NCBI GenBank assembly: GCA_964016885.1
Contig: OZ024741.1
Span: forward strand, 278,318,001 to 278,382,000
Direction of reading: 5' to 3'
DNA from: Eledone cirrhosa
Lineage: Eukaryota
DNA length: 64,000 bases
The translations under genes were made by a program, and so were the position numbers. This document shows positions 35,975-48,859 of this stretch, one piece after another. The stretch's first letter is position 1; every line of letters starts with the position of its first letter. Under the pieces are notes generated by a model. It had not been told where the DNA came from, made no database searches, and saw only the letters and a list, made by a program, of their open reading frames with translations.

Positions 35975-38449
35975 AAAAGCGCCCAGTCCATCCTGTAAGA
36001 TGGTTGAGTTGGTGCCACAACACAAAAGTGTCCAGTCCATCCTGTAAGATGGTTGAGTTGGTGCCACAACACAAAAGTGACAAGTCCATCCTGTAAGATG
36101 GACGTGTTGGTGCCACAACACAAAAGTGTCCAGTCCATCCTGTAAGATGGTTGTGTTGGTGCCACAACACAAAAGTGCCCAGTCCATCCTGTAAGATGGT
36201 TGTGTTGGTGCCACAACACAAAAGTGCCCAGTCCATCCTGTAAGATGGTTGTGTTGGTGCCACAACACAAAAGTGCCCAGTCCATCCTGTAAGATGGTTG
36301 TGCTGGTGCCACAACACAAAAGTGCCCAGTCCATCCTGTAAGATGGTTGTGCTGGTGCCACAACACAAAAGTGCCCAGTCCATCCTGTAAGATGGTTGTG
36401 CTGGTGCCACAACACAAAAGTGCCCAGTCCATCCTGTAAGATGGTTGTGCTGGTGCCACAACACAAAAGTGCCCAGTCCATCCTGTAAGATGGTTGTGCT
36501 GGTGCCACAACACAAAAGTGCCCAGTCCATCCTGTAAGTTGGTTGTGCTGGTGCCACAACACAAAAGTGCCCAGTCCATCCTGTAAGATGATTGTGCTGG
36601 TGCCACAACACAAAAGTGCCCAGTCCATCCTGTAAGATGGTTGTGTTGGTGCCACAACACAAAAGTGCCCAGTCCATCCTGTAAGATGATTGTGCTGGTG
36701 CCACAACACAAAAGTGCCCAGTCCATCCTGTAAGATGGTTGTGCTGGTGCCACAACACAAAAGTGCCCAGTCCATCCTGTAAGATGATTGTGCTGGTGCC
36801 ACAACACAAAAGTGCCCAGTCCATCCTGTAAGATGGTTGTGCTGGTGCTACAACACAAAAGTGCCCAGTCCATCCTGTAAGATGGTTGAGTTGATGCCAC
36901 AACACAAAAGTGCCCAGTCCATCCTGTAAGATGGTTGTGCTAGTGCCACAACACAAAAGTGCCCAGTCCATCCTGTAAGATGGTTGTGCTGGTGCCACAA
37001 CACAAAAGTGCCCAGTCCATCCTGTAAGATGGTTGAGTTGATGCCACAACACAAAAGTGCCCAGTCCATCCTGTAAGATGGTTGTGCTGGTGCCACAACA
37101 CAAAAGTGCCCAGTACATCCTGTAAGATGGTTGAGTTGATGCCACAACACAAAAGTGCCCAGTCCATCCTGTAAGATGGTTGTGCTGGTGCCACAACACA
37201 AAAGTGCCCAGTCCATCCTGTAAGATGGTTGTGTTGGTGCCACAACACAAAAGTGCCCAGTCCATCCTGTAAGATGGTTGAGTTGATGCCACAACACAAA
37301 AGTGCCCAGTCCATCCTGTAAGATGGTTGTGCTGGTGCCACAACACAAAAGTGCCCAGTCCATCCTGTAAGATGGTTGAGTTGATGCCACAACACAAAAG
37401 TGCCCAGTCCATCCTGTAAGATGGTTGTGCTGGTGCCACAACACAAAAGTGCCCAGTCCATCCTGTAAGATGGTTGTGTTGGTGCCACAACACAAAAGTG
37501 CCCAGTCCATCCTGTAAGATGATTGTGCTGGTGCCACAACACAAAAGTGCCCAGTCCATCCTGTAAGATGGTTGTGCTGGTGCCACAACACAAAAGTGCC
37601 CAGTCCATCCTGTAAGATGGTTGTGCTGGTGCCACAACACAAAAGTGCCCAGTCCATCCTGTAAGATGGTTGAGTTGATGCCACAACACAAAAGTGTCCA
37701 GTACATCCTGTAAGATGGTTGAGTTGATGCCACAACACAAAAGTGCCCAGTCCATCCTGTAAGATGGTTGTGCTGGTGCCACAACACAAAAGTGCCCAGT
37801 CCATCCTGTAAGATGGTTGTGTTGGTGCCACAACACAAAAGTGCCCAGTCCATCCTGTAAGATGATTGTGCTGGTGCCACAACACAAAAGTGCCCAGTCC
37901 ATCCTGTAAGATGGTTGTGCTGGTGCCACAACACAAAAGTGCCCAGTCCATCCTGTAAGATGGTTGTGCTGGTGCCACAACACAAAAGTGCCCAGTCCAT
38001 CCTGTAAGATGGTTGTGTTGGTGCCACAACACAAAAGTGCCCAGTCCATCCTGTAAGATGATTGTGCTGGTGCCACAACACAAAAGTGCCCAGTCCATCC
38101 TGTAAGATGGTTGTGCTGGTGCCACAACACAAAAGTGCCCAGTCCATCCTGTAAGATGGTTGTGCTGGTGCCACAACACAAAAGTGCCCAGTCCATCCTG
38201 TAAGATGATTGTGCTGGTGCCACAACACAAAAGTGCCCAGTCCATCCTGTAAGATGGTTGTGCTGGTGCCACAACACAAAAGTGCCCAGTCCATCCTGTA
38301 AGATGGTTGAGTTGATGCCACAACACAAAAGTGCCCAGTCCATCCTGTAAGATGATTGTGCTGGTGCCACAACACAAAAGTGCCCAGTCCATCCTGTAAG
38401 ATGGTTGAGTTGATGCCACAACACAAAAGTGCCCAGTCCATCCTGTAAG
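35975..38449 (+). repeat. 49-bp minisatellite (GTGCCCAGTCCATCCTGTAAGATGGTTGTGCTGGTGCCACAACACAAAA), ~50 copies, derived from the RTE UTR module
   Basis: Direct periodicity; the unit aligns with GGTGCCAC..AAAAGCACCCAGTCCAC.CTGTAAAGTGG in the RTE UTRs; followed by the degenerate rest of the element and a (GAT)n tail at ~38470-38640. Confidence 0.95.
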
Positions 38450-38728
38450 GTTGTATTGGTTATGCATGAGAAAATGTGGTTGCTGTTAGGATGGATGTTC
38501 AGTCATAGAAAGCCAAACTAAAAACAAATTACATGAGCAATAGAGAGGGTGGGAGGCACTTGACCTGTTTAGCCTCATAACATGACAATATGAAACCTAT
38601 GCAAGCATGAAAAATAGACATTAGATGATGATGATGATGGTAACGGCGACGGTGATGGTGATGCTGAGTCAAAGAACTTCATTTGAATGTGTTAATTAAT
38701 TATACCATTTTGTTTATTTTCTTTACAG

Positions 38729-38890
38729 AACCGTTGTTACCTGTGCCTGATGGGTGCACTACAACTTGACCTTGGAGGGGCACCTGCTGGTCCAGCAGGG
38801 ACAGGTAAAACTGAAACGACAAAGGACCTGGCCAAATCCTTAGCTAAACAATGTGTTGTCTTCAACTGTTCAGATGGTCTAGACTATAAG
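38729..38890 (+). CDS. DNAH6: Axonemal dynein heavy chain (DNAH6-like) exon, AAA1 Walker A
   Basis: ctttacAG acceptor and GTattg donor; 162 bp, phase 0-0; translates [54 protein letters not shown] (GPAGTGKT P-loop). The [14 protein letters not shown] context matches DNAH6 as I recall it. Confidence 0.93.
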
Positions 38891-39039
38891 GTATTGCTTT
38901 CAAATTTTGTGACACAAATCTATAAGAGGATTTAAAAAAACAAACAAAAAACTCCCCACTTTTCTATAGGAACTAATATTAAGTTTTTAGGAAAAAAATA
39001 TTTTTTTCTTTTATACACTAATTTTGTTTCGGAGGAGGG

Positions 39040-39640
39040 TGAGATATGAGTGGTGGTAAACATAGAGCAGCAGAGAATGCTGGAAAGAATGGAAGGGAAA
39101 GGTTTATGTAAAAACGTAACTAGGATATGGCAAGCATGGCACATGCCATGGGTATCACTTGAAAGGGAGATGTCACTTGGACTAGGAGCACTTTCTATAA
39201 GCTATTGCCGGGGAGTGAAAAAAAAAAAATTCTTCAGCTGTATGATGAACCTTTGTTTTAAAAAATTAACAAATGTGATTGGTATTTTTGAGCTGATTTT
39301 ATTGTTATCCAAAAGCTGGATGTCAGAAGTTTGGGTAGGGATGCAATTTTACTGCTTGCCACAGGCACTATTTTTCATAGTTATGCCTCTGGGTGTCTGT
39401 GTGAGAAGTGCCATGTTTTATGGTGATGAACAGGGAGCAGCAGAGAATGCTGGAAAGAATAGAAATGCTTTGGTGGATGAGAGGACTATCACTGAGGGAG
39501 AGGAAGACAAACAATAAATTGCTGAGGATGATGGGAATGGAGCCAGTGATGAATGTTAAGAAGAAAAATGGAATGAGGGGGTTAAAGCATTTGTTGAAGA
39601 AGGATTAAGAGGCTGGGTGAGAGGAGTGTTGTAAATAAAT
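39040..39640 (+). mobile_element. Old, degenerate RTE C-terminal fragment
   Basis: Frameshifted CVRSAMFYGDE / QRMLERIEMLWWMRGLSLRERKTN resembles CVRSAMLHGSE...RRLERNEASMLRWM...RER. Confidence 0.6.
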
Positions 39641-40285
39641 ATGGAAGGAAGTAGAGAAAAGTAACAATGAAGAAAGACAACTCAAAATGATAGAGAAAGA
39701 AATGATAGAGAAAGCCAAGTGGTTGATGAGGGAGTAGAAGCAGATGATAGGGCAAGATGGGGAAGCCTGTAAGGGGACTCAAAAGGTTAACCTTTGCTTT
39801 AGCAGAGGAAATAGCCTGAAAAACACTTGTTGTAGGAGAGGGGATGTAATCAATTTAATTGACCTCTATAAATAAAAACAAAAGTCAACCGAAAAGTTAC
39901 TTTCGGGTTTCGATTAATCCCCCCCCCCCACACACACACACTTATTAATTTTTTCTCCAGCAAAATTTTATTTTAAATGGTAGCATTCCTGTGATAATTA
40001 ATTTTCTTTAGACACTAAAAACATTATACATGACAAAAAAAGAAAATTACAAGATATCTCATACGTTATTAAATAAATAGGGATGGGTTGGGGGTCTCAA
40101 TATGTAAACTAAACGACTAATTCTGGTTTCAAAAAATAAGGGAGACAACCTAGAAAAATAATCGATTTTCACTCCTCTCCACTTACCTGTACCCCCCATT
40201 ATTTTGGACTCTAGAGTAAAGGTATTTTTTTGCTCTTTCTACTGAAATAATTCTCTTGAAATTATCGGAAGTTTTTCTTTTTCAG

Positions 40286-40423
40286 ATGATGGGTCGCTTC
40301 TTCTCAGGGCTTGCACAGACAGGTGCTTGGTGCTGTTTTGATGAATTTAATCGCATTGATACTGAAGTATTATCTGTTATTGCTCAACAACTTATTACCA
40401 TCAGGAACGCCAAAGTTGCAATG
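40286..40423 (+). CDS. DNAH6: DNAH6-like exon, AAA1 Walker B
   Basis: tttcAG acceptor and GTatct donor; 138 bp; MMGRFFSGLAQTGAWCCFDEFNRIDTEVLSVIAQQLITIRNAKVAM; in frame with the previous exon. Confidence 0.93.
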
Positions 40424-40861
40424 GTATCTCAACAGTTTTAATATAAGCAGATTCAAAATATAGTCTTACATTTTTAATTTGTTAATATGTATGGGTGTGT
40501 GAGTGGGTGTAAGTGTGTGTGTGTCTGTAGTTAATCTTTTTATTACTATATTTCTAATGAAATACACAGTATTTGAAATAATGAATGAAAAATTTGGAGG
40601 GATTTACTAAAGTTATTAATTATTTCAATAATAAGACAATATTTGTAACATAATTTAAGAAAAGGTTCTTTTACCAAATTATGTTGGAAGATTTTAAAAA
40701 GAGTAGTTTCATTTCATAATGAGAATTTTAGTAATTTTGTATTTGAATAATCAACTTGCTTCATATTTCTATTGGTAAAACATATTGATATGTCTAAGAA
40801 TTGTAATTTCTGATTTAATAATTTCCAGAATATCACTAATTTCAGGTGTATTTTGTTTCAG

Positions 40862-41015
40862 GTTTCTCGATTTATTTTTGAAGGCCATGATATTAAATTG
40901 GTTAGAACCTGTGCTGCATTCATTACAATGAACCCAGGCTATGCTGGCCGTACTGAATTGCCAGATAATCTAAAAGCTCTTTTTAGACCCTTTTCTATGA
41001 TGGTGCCAGACTATT
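40862..41015 (+). CDS. DNAH6: DNAH6-like exon, AAA1 sensor region
   Basis: tttcAG acceptor and GTaagt donor; 154 bp, ends phase 1; [51 protein letters not shown]. Confidence 0.93.
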
Positions 41016-41561
41016 GTAAGTATATCTGTTTATTGGTTTTTAAATTATGGTATAGTATGGTATGGTCCCATAACTCCTGATGAAGTCTTAGGCGCAATGT
41101 ATTGGCATATGGTGTTTCTTGGGAATATTAAGCCTGGCAGAACCCATCTTCTCTCCAGGTCTGAACACAGCAGATTTCTTCCAGAGAAGGATAGAGAGTG
41201 AAAGAAAGGAAGTGAGAAAGAGATATAAAGGAAGAATCGACCCCAGTACTAGACTGGTACTTTTTTTTTTATCAATCTCGAAAGGATGAAAGGCAAAGTT
41301 GACTTCGGCAGGATTTGAACTCATAGAGCAGAGAGCTGGAACAAATACCACAAAGCATTCTATCTGATGTTCTATCGACTCTACTAATTCACTCTCTTTT
41401 TAAACTATAGCAATAGCTTATTCTGTTATCAAAATGAAACAATATTTTATTTAATTCTTTTTTATGTATTTTTAATATGTTATTTTCTTGCACATCTATT
41501 GGTCTTACTGTATTTCCTCTGTTTACCTCCACTATGTTGATCCTTATTACTTTTTATTCAG

Positions 41562-41833
41562 GTCTGATAGCTGAAGTGATCCTCTATTCTGAAGGATTCA
41601 AGTCTTCAAAGTTACTGGCTAAAAAGATGACACAAATGTATAAACTGTGTAGTGAGCAACTGTCTCAGCAAGATCATTATGATTTTGGCATGAGAGCCAT
41701 CAAATCAGTTTTAGTTATGGCTGGTTCCCTTAAGCAGCAGAATCCACAACAAGATGAAAATGGTTTACTTATTAGAGCACTTCGTGATAGTAACGTTCCA
41801 AAGTTCTTGGAGCAAGATACTATACTATTCCAG
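41562..41833 (+). CDS. DNAH6: DNAH6-like exon, AAA1 lid
   Basis: ttcAG acceptor and GTaggt donor; 272 bp, phase 1-0; LIAEVILYSEGF...LSQQDHYDFGMRAIKSVLVMAGSLK...DSNVPKFLEQDTILFQ. Confidence 0.93.
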
Positions 41834-42282
41834 GTAGGTTTAAAGAAAGCTTAACATTTCCTACAATTTCTTCATTAATTCACTTTATTCAGTTTATAAA
41901 CCTTACTTTATGATAAAGCAACACTCAAGTGGGAATAATTATTTACAAAGTGTAAGACAGATTCTTCCTGTTGTGTAAGAAAACTTTCAAACTTCACTGA
42001 ACTTAAATTTGAAGTATTTGTAACATTCAAAAAATGAATGAATAGATATTTCTAACAGTTCAATACCTTCTCAATATCTTAAAATCAATTAGCAAATGAA
42101 TAAATATATAATTCTATTATATATCTTTATTTTTTCACCAGTTCAATTTGTTTTCAATTGAAATTTCAGGGGTTACATAGAAAAGAGTGAAGGTATAGTA
42201 AAATTCATCGCAAAACAAAACAAGAATGGAGGCATTTAATGTTTAGCTGTGTAATATAAATATATTTAAATATTTAAATGGA

Positions 42283-43418
42283 CTAAATGCAAAGTATGGG
42301 TGCATAAAAGATGTAGTGGGATCACAGGTAAGCTAACTAAGAACATAGATTTTACATGTGGCCGGTGTTCTGGTGCAATAAGTAGCAGCAAATGCCCACA
42401 AAATACTAGCTCTTTCAATTGCGCAGAGGGTTCTATAGAAATAGTGGACAGCTTCCGTTACCTGGGCGATAAAATCAGCAGTGGGGGAGGGTGCTCTGAA
42501 AGTACTGTAGCTAGAGTCAGAACTGGTTGGAAAAAGTTCAGAGAGCTTATACCACTATTAGCTGCTAAAGGGTTCTCCCTAAAAATGAAAGGCAGGTTGT
42601 ACGATGCCTGCATACGAACAGCAATGCTGCATGGCAGTGAGACCTGGGCATTGTGTGCAGAGGATATACGCAGACTAGAGAGGAACGAAGCTTGCATGCT
42701 CCGCTGGATGTGTAACAGTAATATACGTGAACGGCAAAGCATAAACGAACTAAGGAAAAAATTAGAGATAAGAGGGATCAGATGTTGTTTACTCGAGAGA
42801 AGGCTACGTTGGTATGGACACGTGATGCGCATGAAAGTCGATAGCTGTATAACAAAGTGCAGGGCAATAAAGATAGACGGTAGTCACGGAATAGGCAGAC
42901 CTAGAAAAACCTGGGACGAGCTGATAAACTCCGACATCACACACTTACACCTCTCCAAGACAATGTCACTGGACCGAGACCTTTGGCGGTACTCAGTAAC
43001 AGAGAAGACCCGCCTTACCTAAATATATAGTAAAACCTACTCCAGCCAGTAGGCATCTCTAACAAAATACACCCCGTCCCACCACCCCCACCCCATCCAC
43101 ACCACCCCGTTCTATGTAAAGTTATGTTGGTGCCGCGCCATCGAGGCCGAAACAAATGAGATCGTGTAGGTGTCACGACAAAAAAACACACAGTCCACGC
43201 TGTAATGTGGCCGTGTAGGCAACACGGTAAAAACCTCCCAGACCCACACTGTAAATGTGGTTGGTGTTAGGAAGGGCATCCAACTGTAGAAAACCTGCCA
43301 GACAGTCCTATGCGAGCAAGACAATCACTCTTGCCTCAAGTGGGACTACCCCCGTCCAAACCCATGCAAGCGTGGAACACGGACGTTAAACGTTGATGAT
43401 GATGATGATGATGATGAT
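42283..43418 (+). mobile_element. RTE subfamily B, 5'-truncated, inside a DNAH6 intron
   Basis: Near-identical to ~11983-13095; 240-aa open frame; (GAT)n tail. Confidence 0.95.
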
Positions 43419-43614
43419 CCATTTTGGGGAAATGTGTCGATCCCTCTTACATGTATAAACATAAATAAATAATATATATATATATATATCATCACCATCA
43501 TCATCATATGTCCATTTTGCCTTGCTAGCATAGTTTAGACAAGTTGTCCTGTTGTGGGCAATGCTAGGTCAGGTGACCATTTCTTGCTCATACAGAACTG
43601 ATTTTGGCTTGGCT

Positions 43615-44100
43615 TTATATATAATGTCAAAAGTGATATAAGGCTAAACAATGCAAAATAGACAGTAAGATGAAAGTAACGAAAATGTTAGATACCTGGT
43701 AATCTTTGTGTTTTTTTTTTGGTTGCTGTTGTTTCTTTTGTCTTAAACAACAGCAACAAAAAAAACAAAAAAAAGCTTACCAAGTAACTAACGTTTTTGC
43801 TACCTTCATCTTACTGTCCATTTTGCATTGTTTAGCCTTATATCACTTTCTACATTATATATTATATACAATGTTTCAAGCAAACTACATTTTATTTTAT
43901 ATATATATATATAAATGTAATCTGAGTTTTTTGAATATTAATAATAACATTCGATTCGTTTGCAATTATGAAAACATGCCTCAATTTTATAGCCATGTCA
44001 GTAGAATGAACTGACATGGCTATAAAATTGAGGCTTGTTTGCATAATTGCAAACAAATCAAATGTTATTATTAATATTCGAAAAACTCAGATTACATTTA
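43615..44100. repeat. Two adjacent palindromes (~125-bp arms centred ~43740; ~90-bp arms centred ~44005)
   Basis: AAAGTGATATAAGGCTAAACAATGCAAAA pairs with TTTTGCATTGTTTAGCCTTATATCACTTT; TAAATGTAATCTGAG..GCCATGTCAGT pairs with ACTGACATGGC..CTCAGATTACATTTA. Confidence 0.85.
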
Positions 44101-44144
44101 TTGTATATAATATAGAAATAGATAAGATTTGTAGAATATATATA

Positions 44145-44835
44145 TAAATGAACTAAGTGAGAAATTAGGAATAAGAGGGATCAGATGCTGTTTACTCGAG
44201 AGAAGACTTCGTTGGTATGGCCACGTGATGCGCATGAAAGATGACAGCTGTATAAAAAAGTGCAGGGCGATCAAAATTGATGGTAGTTACGGAGTAGGTA
44301 GACCCAGAAAAACCTGGGACGATCTGATAAATTCCGACCTTGCACACTTGCACCTCTCTAAGACAATGTCACTGGACTGAGATCTTTGGTGCTACACAGT
44401 AATACAGAAGACCCGCCTTGCCTATGTACAAAGCGAAACCTACAGTCAGTAGGTACCTCTTAACCAAATATACACCCCAATCCACTACCCCTACCCTATC
44501 CTCCCACTCCCACCAACACCACCCTCTCTCTATAAAGTTGGTACCACAACATCCAGTCCAAATAAATGAGATAAATGAGATCGAGGTCGTTAGGTGTCAC
44601 GAGAAAAAACACACAGTCCACGCTGTAATGTGGCCATGTAGGTAACACGGTAAAAAGTTCCCAGTTCCACACTGTAAATGTGGTTGGTATTAGGAAGGAC
44701 ATCCAACCTGCCAGATAGTCCTATATGAGTGAGACATGGTCACCCAACCAACCTTGCCTCAAGTGGGACAACTCCCGTCTAACCCATGCTAGCGTGGAAA
44801 ATGGACGTTAAACGAAGATGATGATGATGATGATG
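44145..44835 (+). mobile_element. Diverged RTE subfamily B-like 3' fragment
   Basis: IRGIRCCLLERRLRWYGHVMRMKDDSC...GRPRKTW, then the UTR modules and a (GAT)n tail. Confidence 0.85.
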
Positions 44836-45058
44836 GGGGACTGTTGCTAAAATTATAGGCTTCATGTTAGTTATGGCATTTTAGGATAGTTCAACTTAAA
44901 GCTATTATATTTGAAGATATCAAGAAGTTAAGGTCTTACTGTAATCAAATTCTTTTATAATTTAGTTACTCACATATACATGTGTTACATGTAATACATA
45001 TATTTCAATTGAAATGTTGTTCTAGTTGTTGCTATTTATAATCCTTTCTTTATTTCAG

Positions 45059-45271
45059 TCAATTCTTCAAGATCTGTTTCCTGGAATTAAGATTCCTGAA
45101 TCTGATTATGGTGTTCTGGAAAGAGAAATAGTGAAAGCGTTTGAAGCAAATAACTTTGTGGTTGTTCCACTTCAAGTTGTTAAAGTAATCCAGTTGTATG
45201 ACACTATGCTGGTTCGTCATGGAGTCATGCTGATTGGACCTACTGGAGGAGGAAAAACAACTGTTTACAAA
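45059..45271 (+). CDS. DNAH6: DNAH6-like exon, AAA2 Walker A
   Basis: tttcAG acceptor and GTgagt donor; 213 bp; SILQDLFPG...LVRHGVMLIGPTGGGKTTVYK. Confidence 0.93.
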
Positions 45272-46006
45272 GTGAGTAGTTGAATTAGGGATGAGGCAAT
45301 GTGTGAAAGGAATTCTAAAAAGTCTGTCTCAATCCTGGAGGCTCATCAGGTTGGTGTTTATCCTGGTTTTTGTGATGTTAGGTGACTGAGAGTACATGAC
45401 CCCCTCCTGGACAGGACGCCAGTCCATCACAGGGATAAAACCTATTGCTGGTACTCATTTTCAGCTGAGTATACTGGAGCAATGTAGAATAAGTGTTTTA
45501 TTCAAGAACACAACACACACCCCAGTCCAGGAATTGAACCCACAACAATATGACCATAAGTCTAACACCCTTACCACTAGGCCATGCACCTTCATTTTAA
45601 AAGGAATTGGTGTGATAAAAACTGAGTTATATTGTAGATAGTTGATTAGTTTTTTTTTTTTTCATAGATAATGTGTGTATCCCATTTTTTAGAATAGCTA
45701 CATCATATCTCTGCATGTCAGAAGAGCTAACTAAGAGGGTTGTCGTCAAGAAGGGTGTCCAGCAATAAAACATTGCCTCAAACCATCCTGCACAAACCAA
45801 TGCTAGCATGGAAAAGTGAATATAAGAATGATGATGATGATGATGAGAATGATGATGTTCTGGTTCTATGAAACAAAACCACCTATTTTACTGGGTTCCT
45901 ATATAAATTAAAATTTTCTAACATAATTTTGTTATTAACTTTATTTTATGTTATAAATTACTAAAACAATGATACTGATAACAATGATATCTTTTATTAC
46001 TTTTAG

Positions 46007-46192
46007 ATGTTGGCTGAAGCATTGAAGAATTTGCATGCCCTTAATGAGGATATGGATTTTTACAAACCAGTCCATTGTCATATTCTTAACCCCAAATCTA
46101 TTTCAATGGAAGAACTGTATGGAGGAGTAAATCGACTTTCTTTGGAATGGCATGATGGATTGATGGCCATTATTATTAGAGTAGCTGTTGCA
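46007..46192 (+). CDS. DNAH6: DNAH6-like exon, AAA2
   Basis: ttttAG acceptor and GTaagt donor; 186 bp; MLAEALKNL...ILNPKSISMEELYGGVNRLSLEWHDGLMAIIIRVAVA. Confidence 0.92.
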
Positions 46193-46649
46193 GTAAGTTA
46201 TTCATTCATTCAAATGAGAACAAATGGAAATATGATGCATTGAATTTATGGGGAATATTAACTCCTTTTAAGGGCAAGGGATTGGCAAAATTGTTAAAGC
46301 ATTAAACAAATGCTTAGTGGTATTTATCCAAGCTCTTTACATTCTGAGTTCAAATCCAGCCAAGGTCAACTTTGCCTTTCATCCTTCTGACACTGATAAA
46401 ATAAAGAACCAGTTAAGTACTGGGTGTTAATATAATCAACTTTCTTTTCTCCTTAATTGCAGGACTTGTGTCGAAATTGAAATCATTGCTAATTCCTTTT
46501 TGTTTTTAAATGCAAAGGGGAATAATTATTTTCTTTGTTGACCAATCAAAAGTATTATCTTACATTTTTGTCTTCTTTTTTGTTGTATTTTCAATATTTT
46601 TTCGGCAACTAATTATTTTGTTATATACAAGGAAAAGAAAAGTGCCAAA

Positions 46650-47010
46650 CATCAGATAGGACTAAAGAAACTGTGTTTCTATTAATCTTTCCATTTCTCA
46701 TACTATCTGCTGGTCACAACTTCTGCCAAAAAAGAAAAATGAGCTGATCATCAGATTTGATCAATGAAACAATGTTTTCATTGGTCTTTCCATTGCTGAT
46801 ACTATCTAGTGGTCACAGCTCTTGGCAGAAGAAAGGATTGTTAGACTGGACCAATGAAACAATGTTTTCATTGGTCTTTCCATTGCTAATACTATCTAGT
46901 GGTCACAGCTCTTGGCAGAAGAAGGAATATCAGATCAGACCAAAGGAACTTTGTTTCCATTGGTATTTCCATTGCTGACACTATCCGTTGATTGTAACTC
47001 CTAGCAAAAG
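46650..47010. repeat. ~90-bp tandem repeat, ~4 diverged copies
   Basis: CAATGAAACAATGTTTTCATTGGTCTTTCCATTGCT..ACTATCT..GGTCACAGCTCTTGGCAGAAGAA recurs at 90-bp spacing. Confidence 0.8.
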
Positions 47011-47895
47011 CATCACCAATTTTCTAGTGGCAGGAAGTGAGATTTGAACTCAGAATGCACAGACGCCACAAAGCATCCTGTTATACACTTGAAAAAATTC
47101 CTCCACTACCCTTATACTTGTCTGTTTTTATTGAACTCGAAAAGATGAAAAGTAAATGTTATAATATTTGATAAACTAAATTTGGAAAACAAGAACAAAT
47201 CTAATGAAGTTGTTCTGACTTAAGACATCATAAATAGATATGGTGGGGGGGTGTAGACATTGTAGTTGCATGTAGTCCCCGGTAGTGTTAAGTGAGAATT
47301 GAGGTGGATAAATACAAAACATTAACCATTTTAACAAGTTTTATATCAATCATTTGTTTCTATTTTTTCCTTTCAGCTCCCTATAGCTCACTCATCCCAC
47401 CTTATGTCTAGTTTTTCTCTTAATCCTCACATAACACTACCAGCGACTTGTGCAACTGCGACAACTAGAAACCCATCATATCTATAAACATGTTACTTGA
47501 GATATACCAATGCATTATATCATAAACAGATGTACTTTTGAAAATATGAACATTTCTTATTTAGTTTAAACCAACTATTTTTAGAATTTCTTTATAGATT
47601 CAAAATCTCAACAGAAAATTAAGTATATTATTTCAAATGAAAATAATTCATCTCCATAATTCTATAATTGTTCTAAAAACTAGATTACGTGTAATTTCCG
47701 TTTCATCGTTCATATACAATAATGTTGATTTATTTAGTAAACTTGTGTTTGCTTTATGTGAAGCTTATGTAGCGTACAGACATCTTGCTTTTGTGTCTCT
47801 CATAAATTCAATTTAATTAAGAAGGATTATGTTACTATTGAGAATCAGCTAAACCATCAACTGGAAATTATTTAATCAAATCAATATATCTGTAT

Positions 47896-47952
<57 letters not shown>

Positions 47953-48281
47953 CATCATCATCGTCATCATTTTACATCCGCTTTTCCCTGCTTGCATATA
48001 TATATATATATAAGTTGGATGGATGATTTCGGATTCATAGAAACCTATCGGACGTATTGCAAAATATCGTTCAATATGTCCAGGTCAGTTGTCTAACCTG
48101 ATTAGTTTTTTCGTTGTCTTTGGTATTGTGTGGCTAGGTTTACCTACCCCAATTTTCAATTTGTCAAGCTGTCTAAACGTATGTTATTACTCTGAGGTCT
48201 GCAACCTTATTGAGTGCTTTGCTGCTCATTCCTAATTGCAGGTCGTTAGCCTGGCCACAGCCAAAGCTTCAATTTTACTTG

Positions 48282-48314
<33 letters not shown>

Positions 48315-48859
48315 CTACCATTTTTATATATTCAATAGTGTTTTCATAAGTGGCTGCAACATATAGATTTCAGAAATCCTATTCTGTTCATATTTTCATA
48401 AAAATATTATTTTAAATATATTTATTATAAGGATGACTTTCTTTCCCAAAAACCTTTTAAGATGAATTCAAATTTAATTCTTTCCATACTCTATAATTTC
48501 TTGAGCTTAAGTGTGAATCACTATAGCTGAAATATTGATTTCCTAAAATGCTCTCACCTTAATTGAATTCCACTTAATTAATCATCTCATTACACCTGTT
48601 TCAATTTCCAATTGAAAATGTCTCTCTACAGAAATCTGGAGTTCAGTCAATTGCGGTACTTTATATATTTATGTTATGTTGTTTCTGGACGACAAAGTAG
48701 CCATTAGTTAACTACAACGATAGCTTGGTATTTTTGACAAAACTAATTTTGTGTCCAAATAACATTAAAATTAAGAATTCTTTTTATTCAACTTTCAGAA
48801 TAGGCATCTTGTGTCTGTATTTTGTTTTCTTCTTACATAATTACAAAAAATGGCTGTCA

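Noticed and set aside
35939-38467. Long Cys/Trp/His-rich ORFs in all three minus frames
   Set aside because: Artefact of a stop-free 49-bp repeat; the same peptide appears in every frame.
41074-41100. CTGATGAAGTCTTAGGCGCAA
   Set aside because: Lacks GAAA and supporting helices; not called a hammerhead.
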